DNA of 64,000 nucleotides from an uncultured Gemmatimonadales bacterium. GTDB taxonomy: Bacteria > Gemmatimonadota > Gemmatimonadetes > Gemmatimonadales > GWC2-71-9. Below, piece after piece: positions 20,145 through 28,846 of the stretch. The stretch's first letter is position 1. Each line of letters opens with the position of its first letter. The notes beneath the pieces are model-generated. The model searched no databases and had not been told where the DNA came from. It saw only the letters and a list, made by a program, of their open reading frames with translations. Location: positions 512,001 through 576,000 of the forward strand of contig CAVUAK010000001.1 in NCBI GenBank assembly GCA_963739455.1, given 5' to 3'. The translations under genes were made by a program, and so were the position numbers.

Positions 20145-20992
20145 TCAGCCGCCACGCGGAAGAGCTGCTGCGCACCGGCCGGTGCCCCGTTGAACGGGAT
20201 GCCGATGCGCGAGAAGATCGGCGGGCACTCAGGGTCGGTCTGGCTCGACATGCAGCCCGGCTCGTCCCCGTTCTCCTCGTTGACGTTCGACCCGGCGAGG
20301 ACCGCCTTTGGGTCCACGACAATGACCTGGCTCGCCGCGTTGAAGCCCGTGAGCGTTATGGTGGAGCGGTTGGGGAAGTCACACGAGGTGGGCGGTGACG
20401 TGAACGTGGCCCCGTTGCACCCGGTGCTCCCGACGTGAACGAAGAATCCACCCGGCTGCCCGGTAGTGGTCAGGTCCACGCGCAGGAACTTGTACCCGAA
20501 GTTCCAGACCCAGAACATGTCGGTCGAGTTGAGCGGTGCCGAGGCCGTCGCGGCGTCGCCGTGGTTCAGCGCGAACGGAACGCCCAGGGTGAACTTGACC
20601 CCGGTGTACGTGCCCGCGGGCACAGTGCCAGTCACCTTGTAATTGGTCTCGGTCGAGCCGACGCAGTTGCCGGTCCCGTTGTCGAAGTCGAGCAGTGCCA
20701 CATTGTCCAATTGCCATTCACCGTCCTGCGCCAGCGCGACCGGTTCCTCCGCTCCAGATGCCGTAACCAGGCGGACGTCGCTCACGTAGAGCTTGAAGTC
20801 GTTGAACTGGACGTCGGATGCCGTCGTTCCGATATCGGTGTACGTCGTGGTGCATGAGAACGCGGCGTCCCCGACCTGCGGACGGAAGGTGATGGCCACC
20901 GCCTGGTCGCCAGGTTCGTCGCTCGAGCATGCCGCCAGTGCAAAGCTGCCGCCGACCGCCGCAATCATTATTCCCAGAAGATGCTTCTTCAT
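20141..20992 (-). CDS. mbnP: MbnP-family copper-binding lipoprotein
   Basis: Lipobox LAAC, DFKLYVS, FTLGVPFALNH, WxW motif MFWVWNFGYKF, HVGSTGC, GCMS. Confidence 0.88.
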   Translation of the reverse strand: MKKHLLGIMIAAVGGSFALAACSSDEPGDQAVAITFRPQVGDAAFSCTTTYTDIGTTASDVQFNDFKLYVSDVRLVTASGAEEPVALAQDGEWQLDNVALLDFDNGTGNCVGSTETNYKVTGTVPAGTYTGVKFTLGVPFALNHGDAATASAPLNSTDMFWVWNFGYKFLRVDLTTTGQPGGFFVHVGSTGCNGATFTSPPTSCDFPNRSTITLTGFNAASQVIVVDPKAVLAGSNVNEENGDEPGCMSSQTDPECPPIFSRIGIPFNGAPAGAQQLFRVAAE

Positions 20993-21027
20993 CTGTCTCG
21001 ATATCCTTGAATGGGACGTGGATTTCT

Positions 21028-21495
21028 TCAGTGGATCGCGGTGCGCAGCGCCGGCCCACCTTCGGATGCCGTGACGGCGTACGGACCAAAGGAGCGCTCA
21101 TCCGCTTGTGCATCGTGCCCATAGCCGACGGTGGCGCCGGCCGTGGCGCCCGGATCGGCGTTCACCAGCACGTCGTACTGGAACTTCTGGCCCGAGACCG
21201 GCGTGACCGTGGCGAACGAGGACGGATCAAACGTCAGCGACGAGAAATGCTCGGCTTCCAGTTCGCCGTTGATGTTCTCACCATCGGCATCGTAGAAGAC
21301 CACCTCGATACGCGTGGTCGTGCCGCTCGGCAGGGCGTACGGCTCGGGCAGGGCCGTGTTGGTCGCCGCGTTGAACAGCTTTACCGACTCCGGGATGTGG
21401 TGCCCCTCGGCGGGCGCTTCATTGTCGGAGCATGCCGAGAGCGTGAACGCGAACGCGGTGGTAGCCAGCATGAGCTTCAGGATCCGAGCCTTCAT
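21028..21495 (-). CDS. Hypothetical lipoprotein with His motifs
   Basis: Lipobox LSAC, EGHH near mature N-terminus, GGAG RBS; inside the copper operon. Confidence 0.7.
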   Translation of the reverse strand: MKARILKLMLATTAFAFTLSACSDNEAPAEGHHIPESVKLFNAATNTALPEPYALPSGTTTRIEVVFYDADGENINGELEAEHFSSLTFDPSSFATVTPVSGQKFQYDVLVNADPGATAGATVGYGHDAQADERSFGPYAVTASEGGPALRTAIH

Positions 21496-21529
21496 GGTAT
21501 TGCTCTCCTTGGAGTGAATTTGCCGCTGG

Positions 21530-23584
21530 TCACGGCGTGTCGAAGCTCACCGCCATGCGAAGCACGACGGGAGTCCCGGGGTTGATGAATCCGCTGGAGC
21601 GGATTTCTGGGAACTTGGTGCTGGTGACGTTCTGGATGGCGATATCGAGGACTGGCCCTCCGTGACCGAGTGGCAGCTGGCCGCCGAGGTCGAGCACGGC
21701 AAATGGCTGTGTTTGTACCGCAGGCTCGCCAATCGGCGTGAATGGCCCGCCGATGCGGAGCCGCGCGCCCACCAGGCCCCTGTTCCCGATGCGATACTCA
21801 GCACCCAGCGATCCGGTGTAGTCGGCGACCGCGGGCACGGGATCGCCGGGGCGGGGCGGAATGGTGTGGAACATGATGGTCGGGTCGACCTGGATCGTGC
21901 CGTCCAGAAGCGCGGCGACGGGCGCCGAGACGCTCGGAGCATCCCCTCCCTTGATACGCGCGTTGTTCAAGATGGCGTTCGCGTCGAAGTGCAGCCTGCT
22001 GGTGGCCTGCCAGCCCAACCGGGCGGAGACGCCCTGCCGGTAGCTGGACCCGGTGTCGAGGATGAGGAGCGTGGTCGGATCCTGGATCCGGTCGTTCTGC
22101 ACATCCATCCGGAAGAGCGCCAGGTCGGCAGTGAGTCCGCCGAACACGAACTGCGTGCCAACCTCGATGCCCCACATGCTGAGCGGCGGCAAGGACGGAT
22201 CGGTGACGACGCCTGGTGCGCCGCGAAAGCCGCGCGCCACCGACGCCAGCAGCGCAGCCTTGCTGCTGAGGATGTAGCGAGCCCCAAGCTTGGGGTTCAC
22301 CTGCACCGAAGTCGCGTGCACCATCGGTGCGTTCGCCACCTGGAGGTTCTGGCTGCCGTACTGCAGCACGTCCAGCCGCAGGCCGACGTCGAATGCCACC
22401 TTCGACCAGGCGAACTTCTGCCACCGCCCAAACAGCGACCCGGACAGGTACTGGCCGTTGTTCAGCGTCGTGGTTTCCTCAACCACGCGGTCTTGCGTCT
22501 GGTACAGGTCGTACTTGCTGAGGTCGAGACGGCCTGCCACGCCCGCTGTGAACTCGCCCGCCGAACCGTTCCATCCCATCCGTGCCTGGGTCCCAAAGGC
22601 GACGCGACGATCGAGTTCCTCCTCTTGCTGCTGCACACCATCGTCGGGCACCGTGAGGAACATGTGGGTCCGCACGCCCTGCACCCAGCCTGAGACCTCC
22701 ATGCCGGTACCCGTGCTGCTGACCGTCGTGTAGCGCCCGGTCGCAATGATCCGCTGCGCATCGCCGCCATCGCTGGTGTCGATCGCGGCGGTCAGGTCAC
22801 CCTCGTTGTACTGCTGCACCGAGAGAAATCCCGGTGAACGCCAGTCGGAGCCATACAGCAACAGGCCGCCCTCGAGACGCCCCTTCCCCGCCTGGTGCCA
22901 GCCGCGCAGCGAGCCGCTCCCCAGCCAGTAGCTCGAGTTGTCCCGCCATCCCTGCTCCCGTTCGCCCATCGCGCTGGTGAAGAAGCCCGCCTTGTCGCCC
23001 CGCCTGCCGGTGCGCACCCAGCCAGTCACGTCACCGAAACTGGAGACGCCGACCTGCCCGCTTGTCGCGTTCAGGTCTGTCGGTGACGACACCTCGATTA
23101 CGCCACCGAAGTTGAAGTCGCCATAGAACGGGCTGGCCGGACCATGGATCACCCGCATCGCGCCGACCGATGGCGCGGCGAGCGGACTCCAGTCGCTGTA
23201 TCCCTCCACATGGCCGTGAATCGGCAGGTTGATCGGCACGCCATCGAGAACGAGGAGCGCATCGGACGAGTGATCCGAGGAAAACCCGCGCAGCACGACG
23301 TTCGAGGCAAACCCAGGGCCCTGCCCCTGCTCGTGCACCTCGACGCCCGTGGTGCGGCGCACCAGGTCCCACGTGTTGGTGGCCTGGGTGCTACGCAGCG
23401 TCGCCGGATCGACCGTGATGGTCGACACCGGTGGCGCCGCGTCGCGCTTGGGCCCAGCCGCGACGACCAGCGAATCGAGTGTGTGCACCTTTCCCGAATC
23501 GGAGCGCTCCTGCGCCGACAGGGGTAAGGCACCCGCAACAGCCGCGACCATCGTCGTGACGATGATCTGCCTGCAAGACATCAT
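21530..23584 (-). CDS. TonB-dependent receptor (probable metal uptake)
   Basis: Signal peptide, plug domain (LRGF..DH, LDGVPINLPIHGHVEGY, HGPASPFYG), beta-barrel strands, NPKLG. Confidence 0.88.
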   Translation of the reverse strand: MMSCRQIIVTTMVAAVAGALPLSAQERSDSGKVHTLDSLVVAAGPKRDAAPPVSTITVDPATLRSTQATNTWDLVRRTTGVEVHEQGQGPGFASNVVLRGFSSDHSSDALLVLDGVPINLPIHGHVEGYSDWSPLAAPSVGAMRVIHGPASPFYGDFNFGGVIEVSSPTDLNATSGQVGVSSFGDVTGWVRTGRRGDKAGFFTSAMGEREQGWRDNSSYWLGSGSLRGWHQAGKGRLEGGLLLYGSDWRSPGFLSVQQYNEGDLTAAIDTSDGGDAQRIIATGRYTTVSSTGTGMEVSGWVQGVRTHMFLTVPDDGVQQQEEELDRRVAFGTQARMGWNGSAGEFTAGVAGRLDLSKYDLYQTQDRVVEETTTLNNGQYLSGSLFGRWQKFAWSKVAFDVGLRLDVLQYGSQNLQVANAPMVHATSVQVNPKLGARYILSSKAALLASVARGFRGAPGVVTDPSLPPLSMWGIEVGTQFVFGGLTADLALFRMDVQNDRIQDPTTLLILDTGSSYRQGVSARLGWQATSRLHFDANAILNNARIKGGDAPSVSAPVAALLDGTIQVDPTIMFHTIPPRPGDPVPAVADYTGSLGAEYRIGNRGLVGARLRIGGPFTPIGEPAVQTQPFAVLDLGGQLPLGHGGPVLDIAIQNVTSTKFPEIRSSGFINPGTPVVLRMAVSFDTP

Positions 23585-23649
23585 GTGACTCCAGGGACAG
23601 CGACGCACGCCCCTCATTCGCAGGCGCGCACAACAACGGGACTAGCGGG

Positions 23650-24042
23650 TCAGGCGGGGAGGCTGCTGGGAGGACCGACGGCGAAGGGGAGAAGGTGCTG
23701 CCTGACCGCCGGGAGGCGATCGGCACTGCGGACAAGTTCGGAACGGGTAATCGCCGGCACCACCCGCGGACCGGTGGCGACCGACGCCGGCACGGCCAGC
23801 ACTGTGCCGCAGGAGTGCCCGACACACTGGCACGTCTTGCTGTGCGACGAGTGCTCCGAGGGTGCCTGCTGGTGCCCGTGGCGCCCGGCGTGGGTGCCAC
23901 CGGACGCCTGTGCCCCGGCGGAAGCCGGGTGGGCGCAGCCATGCATGATCGTCGGCGTCGCCACGTTCAGGGAGAACCCGAACATGGCAGCGGCGGCGAT
24001 ACACTGCCGGGCGACCGATCGCAGGACGGACAGGGGCATCAT
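23650..24042 (-). CDS. DUF2946/CutF/CruR-like leader protein
   Basis: 130 aa; hydrophobic N-terminus, HGCAH, His-rich stretch, CQC..HSC, C-terminal LLPFAVGPP; 65 nt upstream of the receptor. Confidence 0.62.
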   Translation of the reverse strand: MMPLSVLRSVARQCIAAAAMFGFSLNVATPTIMHGCAHPASAGAQASGGTHAGRHGHQQAPSEHSSHSKTCQCVGHSCGTVLAVPASVATGPRVVPAITRSELVRSADRLPAVRQHLLPFAVGPPSSLPA

Positions 24043-24052
24043 GACGGGCGTA

Positions 24053-24081
24053 AATGTGCCCGGCCACCCCCGGTCAGGCAA
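24053..24081 (-). promoter_or_regulatory. Candidate sigma-70 promoter for the copper operon
   Basis: TTGCCT-N17-CACATT ending 10 nt before the leader ATG. Confidence 0.35.
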
Positions 24082-24219
24082 TACGTCATGGTTCGGCACA
24101 GTTTCGGGTTGGGACACCCCCGGGGAGCTGGGGCCGCAACTTTTCTCTGGTGAGCCCGTACGGCCCGCCATTACCTTAGTGCCCGCGCCTTGAACCCCTT
24201 CTGGGAGACCGACTTGAGA

Positions 24220-25935
24220 ATGCGCCTGAAACTGGGGCCGATCGCCCTGGCCGCCTTGGCTGCGTGCAGCAGCGGCCAGAAGACCCCTGCCACCCAGCCG
24301 AGCCCTGGTACCGCCTTCCCCGCGGTGTCGCCGGCCACGCTGAAGAGCGACCTCTACGCCTTCGCCGATGACTCGATGCAGGGCCGGGAAACCGGCACGA
24401 TCGGCAACGTGAAGGGCACCAACTTCATCGCGGCACAGGCGAAGAAGCTCGGCCTCGAGCCGGCCGGCGAGAACGGAACCTGGTTCCAGATCGTGCCGCT
24501 GGTGCGGAAGGGCCTCGATCCCAAGTCGACACTGGCCGCAGGTGGGACAACGCTGGCCGCCAAGGACTGGGTCAGTTTCGGTGCCATTTCCCAGCTTGGC
24601 TTCGCCCCGTCACTCGTCGGTCCCGCGATCGGGTCGGTGTACGCCGGGCGCATTGGCGACACCACCGTCAGCCTGACCGACGCACAGATCGCCGGGAAGC
24701 TGGTCGTGTTCCAGCCGCCCATCGGGAAGAGCGGCCAGCCGGTGTGGCAGTTCTGGCAGGGTCTCGACCGGAAGAAGTACGCGAGCGCCGCAGGCATTGC
24801 AGTCGTGGCGCTCGATATCACTCCGCCACAGGTAGTCGAGTTCCTGTCGAAGACCCAGGAGTCGCTCAAGAGCGAGGGCGAGACGCCGACAGCGACTGGC
24901 CCGTTCGCCATGCTGATCACGCCTGCCGCCGCGGAAGCCATCCTCGGCGCCAGCCCAGCGACCCTCACGGCCGGTGCATCAGGCCGTCCGGTGAACGCGA
25001 ACATCACCATGCTGTCCTCGGCCGTCGATACGCCGGCCCGGAACGTCGTCGCGATCCTCCGGGGCAGTGACCCCAAACTCATGAGCCAGTACGTCGCGAT
25101 CGGCGCGCACAACGATCACATCGGCCTGTCCGATTCGCCGCCGGTCGATCACGACTCGATCTGGGCGTACAACCACATCATGCGGCCGGCCGGTGCCGAG
25201 AGCGACAACCAGAAGCCGACCCCGGAGCAGTGGGTAAAGGTGAAGGCCACGCTCGACAGCCTTCGCAAGGTGAACAAGCCGCGCCTCGACTCCATCAACA
25301 ACGGCGCGGACGATGACGGCTCCGGTTCAGTCTCGGTGCTCGGCATTGCCGGCGCGCTGGTGAAGAGCAAGGTCAAGCCACGCCGGACGATCCTGTTCGT
25401 GTGGCACACTGGCGAGGAGAAGGGTCTCTGGGGCTCGGAGTACTTCACCGACCATCCCACCGTGCCACGCGACTCCATCGTGGCGCAGTTGAACATCGAC
25501 ATGGTCGGGCGCGGCATGGAAACCGACGATGTCCTGGGTGATGGCACCGCCAAGGGTGGCCCGAACTACCTGCAGCTCGTCGGGTCACGCCGCCTCTCCA
25601 CCCAGCTCGGTGACCTGGTGGAAAAGGTCAACGTGGACGGGAAGTACGGTTTCGCCTTCGACTACACCTTCGATGCCAATGGTCACCCGGCGAACATCTA
25701 CTGCCGCAGCGACCATGCGAACTATGCCCGCTACGGCATCCCGGTCGTGTTCTTCACCACCGGCGTGCATCAGGACTACCACCAGTTGACTGACGAACCA
25801 CAGTTCATCAACTACGACAAGATGGCGCGCATCGACACGTTCATCGCCAACGTGGCGCTGCTGGTGGCGAACGATGACCAGCGCCTGGTGGTCGACAAGC
25901 CGAAGCCCGATCCGACGGCGCCCTGCAAGCAGTGA
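24220..25935 (+). CDS. M28 family metallopeptidase, lipoprotein
   Basis: Lipobox LAAC; GAHNDH, NGADDDGSG, GEEKGLWGS, NIDMVGR, RSDH, DYHQ. Confidence 0.92.
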   Translation: MRLKLGPIALAALAACSSGQKTPATQPSPGTAFPAVSPATLKSDLYAFADDSMQGRETGTIGNVKGTNFIAAQAKKLGLEPAGENGTWFQIVPLVRKGLDPKSTLAAGGTTLAAKDWVSFGAISQLGFAPSLVGPAIGSVYAGRIGDTTVSLTDAQIAGKLVVFQPPIGKSGQPVWQFWQGLDRKKYASAAGIAVVALDITPPQVVEFLSKTQESLKSEGETPTATGPFAMLITPAAAEAILGASPATLTAGASGRPVNANITMLSSAVDTPARNVVAILRGSDPKLMSQYVAIGAHNDHIGLSDSPPVDHDSIWAYNHIMRPAGAESDNQKPTPEQWVKVKATLDSLRKVNKPRLDSINNGADDDGSGSVSVLGIAGALVKSKVKPRRTILFVWHTGEEKGLWGSEYFTDHPTVPRDSIVAQLNIDMVGRGMETDDVLGDGTAKGGPNYLQLVGSRRLSTQLGDLVEKVNVDGKYGFAFDYTFDANGHPANIYCRSDHANYARYGIPVVFFTTGVHQDYHQLTDEPQFINYDKMARIDTFIANVALLVANDDQRLVVDKPKPDPTAPCKQ

Positions 25936-25936
25936 A

Positions 25937-26049
25937 CAGTCGGCAGTAAGCAGTCGGCAGACAGTTTGCCATCAGCAAGAAGGGGAGGAGCGACTGACGC
26001 GCTCCTCCCCTTCGCCGTTTTCTGTCGACTGCCCGCTGACGACTGCCGA
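25937..26049. repeat. 14-bp hairpin flanked by inverted heptamer arrays (bidirectional terminator / REP-like)
   Basis: GAAGGGGAGGAGCG (25979-25992) pairs perfectly with 26000-26013; four CAG-starting heptamers on the left and four CTG-starting heptamers on the right; lies between convergent genes. Confidence 0.75.
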
Positions 26050-26058
26050 CGCGCTACT

Positions 26059-27000
26059 TCACCAGCGCGCCACGAAGCCCCGGGTATCGACGTGCACAAA
26101 GGGGCCGTGTGCCCCGGTGCTGCGGTAAATGCCGATGCCGCCGGTCAGTTCAGGATGCTCACTCTCCACCTGGTCAGCGATGCGGGCAAGGTAGCGAGCA
26201 TCGGCGACATTGATCCGGCCATCGCCGTTCAGGTCATCCATGCGACCGTTGCCATCGGCATCCACATAGATGTCGGAAGCATCACCGTACATGTGCCGGC
26301 TGTCCTTCGCGCGGCCGCAGCGGCGGCAGACCCCCTTCGCGTTGTACTGCGGCGTGCGGAAACCGGAGAGCACCTTGATGGTGGACGGCTTGCCCAGGCG
26401 TTCAAGTTCATCCGCGATGAGTTCGAGCTTGTCGAGCAGCGTCGGCTGTACCACGAGGTACTTGGGCCACACCGCGCCCTGGTCCTTCGTCAGGAAGTCG
26501 CGCACCCTGAACCGGGACGATAGCATCACGTCCTGGTTTTCCTCCGTCACCTCGATGAATCCCTCAGGGAGCCCGTACAGCGTCACCGGCTTCCGCTCGC
26601 GCGGCCAGTAGCCAATACGATAGCCCTGGAAAGTGCTGCCGTTCTTGGCTGCAAAGGGGATGAGCGCGATGAGGGCGACGGAATCGCCTGCAGGTGAGAC
26701 CAGGCCTACCTGGTGAATTCCCGCCTGCGCGATGCCGTACTGCTCCATGATCGCCGCGAGTTCCGGGCTTTCACCGATTTTTTCCGGGGTGACCTGGACT
26801 GCCCGCAGCTTGCCGCTGAATCCGAGGAATTGCGGCAGGACAACATTTGCACTGTCCTTCACCGGAATCGAATCGCTGCTGACAACCCGCCGCGGGGCGC
26901 TCATACCGAGGGTGGTCGCAAGTAGCGCAAGCGCAACAACAACCGTTCCGGTTGCCGATGCGAGCCGCTTTGCCTGCCAACCATGCCTCGCCTGCGCCAT
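26059..27000 (-). CDS. Peptidase M15 (YcbK/MepK-like) peptidoglycan peptidase
   Basis: SGFRTPQYN, SRHMYGDASD and FVHVDTRG LAS-type zinc motifs. Confidence 0.85.
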   Translation of the reverse strand: MAQARHGWQAKRLASATGTVVVALALLATTLGMSAPRRVVSSDSIPVKDSANVVLPQFLGFSGKLRAVQVTPEKIGESPELAAIMEQYGIAQAGIHQVGLVSPAGDSVALIALIPFAAKNGSTFQGYRIGYWPRERKPVTLYGLPEGFIEVTEENQDVMLSSRFRVRDFLTKDQGAVWPKYLVVQPTLLDKLELIADELERLGKPSTIKVLSGFRTPQYNAKGVCRRCGRAKDSRHMYGDASDIYVDADGNGRMDDLNGDGRINVADARYLARIADQVESEHPELTGGIGIYRSTGAHGPFVHVDTRGFVARW

Positions 27001-27108
27001 GCGATGCCCTTCCGTCCGGTGATAGCCCGTACAATGACAAGATACGGGCCGGATCAGCAGGGAAGATAGGCCTCGCCCGGGATGGGCGGCACCCGCAAGA
27101 GTTGGTGT

Positions 27109-28842
27109 CTACTTCTTTTTCACTGAGGGGTCTACCAGGGGAACCTGCCGCGGCGGGTAGGGATAGCCCTGGCGCAGGGCCAGTTCCATGTTGCGATCGC
27201 GCCCGTAGACATCGGCGACGAAATCGACCCCGCCGTCCTCACGGGGCACCGCCGTCTCGTACACCAGCCGAACCGGCACCCCCTGGCCCAGCGTCACGTC
27301 GACCGGCGTGGGTGAGGCCATCGCCTTTTTCATCCGCTCCGCGGTCCACGCCGAGTCGGCCCGGAGCAGCCACGTGGCGAGCGACGACGCATTCGCCAGG
27401 CGGATGCATCCATGGCTCTCGGCGCGATTGGCCCGCTGGAAGGTGGACTTGGTCGGCGTATCGTGCAGGTACACGCCGTATGGATTGGGGAAGATGAACT
27501 TCACGTTCCCCAGGGCATTCACGTCGCCGGGCCGCTGTCGCACACCGATCGAGTCACCCACCAACGCCAGGTTTTCCGGCGTCGCCGGGACCACGACACC
27601 CTTCCGGACCAGCTCCATCCCCTGACGCGTGAGGTACATCGAGTCGGTCAGGGCCTTGGGTACGATTTCATCCCGGATGATCCGGGGTGGCACCCGCCAC
27701 GTGGGACTGAAAACGATCATGTCGAGCGTGCTCGCGAGCTCCGGCGTCTCATTCCGCCCGCGCCCGCCCACGACCACGTTCATCGCGATCGGCGGTGGGC
27801 CGTCCATGGACGGCTGCACGACCCGCATGCGGAACTCGGGGATGTTGACCCGGATCCAGAGGCTGTCGACGGGTGGCGCCGGGAGCGCCCGCATCCGCTC
27901 CATCGTCATGCTGATCGACCGCACCGGCGTCTCGAACGGAGCATTGATCCGGGCTGCCGTCTTCTTCGCGATGATGCCGTCCGTCGGCAGGTTCTCCCGC
28001 TGCTGCAGCCGCTTTACTCCCCGCGCCAGCGTATTGTCGTAGATCGTATCCGCCTCGGCGGGTGGCGCCGCAAGCGTGTCGGGGATGTCACCCAGGGACA
28101 CGAGGAGCCGGCGCAGCGCCGCCGCGCCAGCATAGGGCTGGCCGGGTGCCAGCCGCGCCGGGAAAGGCGGGAGCATTGTCAGGGTGCTGTCGGCGGCGAG
28201 CTTGCGATAGCGCGCGAGCGCCGCCTGCAGCTGACGATATCCCGGACTTCGGTCCTCGAGCTGGAACAGCACCGTCGCCGGTTCGGGCGACATCCGGACC
28301 GTGGTGATGACCTCCCCCACATCCATCGGGGCGCGGCGGACGGTGAGGATCCCCTTCCCGATGTTCACGGTGTCGTCCACCCAGCGCAGCCGCGCGCGCC
28401 CGTAGCGCATCGCCGAGACATAGCGGATCGCGTCCACTGCGAGCCGCGCATCGAAGGCGGCGAGATCGGCGGCTGCCCAGCCGGTGTCCCCCCGCTCCAG
28501 CACCGCAAGCAGGCTGTCGTGCACCGCCGCGTTGAAATCGGCCGGGTCGAGGCCAAGGTCACCCAGCGCCAGCAGTCGCTGCACCAGCGCGCGCGTCGCG
28601 GCCGTCGGCCGGCTGAGTGAGTCCAGGAAGAGCGGCTGCCAGCCGTTGGCTTCATAGAGCCCCCGCAACGTCGCGCGCGCATCGCTCACGTCCGACCAGC
28701 GCATCGCATCGAACCGCCGTGCCGCCGCACGCTCCCGCAGGCTCACGGAGACGCTCGAGTCGCCCGCCGCCGCGAGCGCGGAGGGAACCTGGGTGCCTGC
28801 GGGGGTGGCGATCAGGAACAGCGCGGCGAGGCCCGGAAGCAC
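27109..28842 (-). CDS. YcbB/LdtD-like L,D-transpeptidase
   Basis: Scaffold, PG-binding and YkuD domains; VNIPEF, VKFIFPN, YLHDTP, SHGCIR. Confidence 0.9.
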   Translation of the reverse strand: MLPGLAALFLIATPAGTQVPSALAAAGDSSVSVSLRERAAARRFDAMRWSDVSDARATLRGLYEANGWQPLFLDSLSRPTAATRALVQRLLALGDLGLDPADFNAAVHDSLLAVLERGDTGWAAADLAAFDARLAVDAIRYVSAMRYGRARLRWVDDTVNIGKGILTVRRAPMDVGEVITTVRMSPEPATVLFQLEDRSPGYRQLQAALARYRKLAADSTLTMLPPFPARLAPGQPYAGAAALRRLLVSLGDIPDTLAAPPAEADTIYDNTLARGVKRLQQRENLPTDGIIAKKTAARINAPFETPVRSISMTMERMRALPAPPVDSLWIRVNIPEFRMRVVQPSMDGPPPIAMNVVVGGRGRNETPELASTLDMIVFSPTWRVPPRIIRDEIVPKALTDSMYLTRQGMELVRKGVVVPATPENLALVGDSIGVRQRPGDVNALGNVKFIFPNPYGVYLHDTPTKSTFQRANRAESHGCIRLANASSLATWLLRADSAWTAERMKKAMASPTPVDVTLGQGVPVRLVYETAVPREDGGVDFVADVYGRDRNMELALRQGYPYPPRQVPLVDPSVKKK

Positions 28843-28846
28843 CAGG

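Noticed and set aside
18990..24042. Methanobactin or RiPP biosynthetic cluster with the small Cys/His ORF as precursor
   Set aside because: No MbnB/MbnC or other maturase in the window; the ORF fits a DUF2946/CutF-like leader better
25937..26049. CRISPR array
   Set aside because: Units are 7 nt, degenerate, have no spacers, and no cas genes are present
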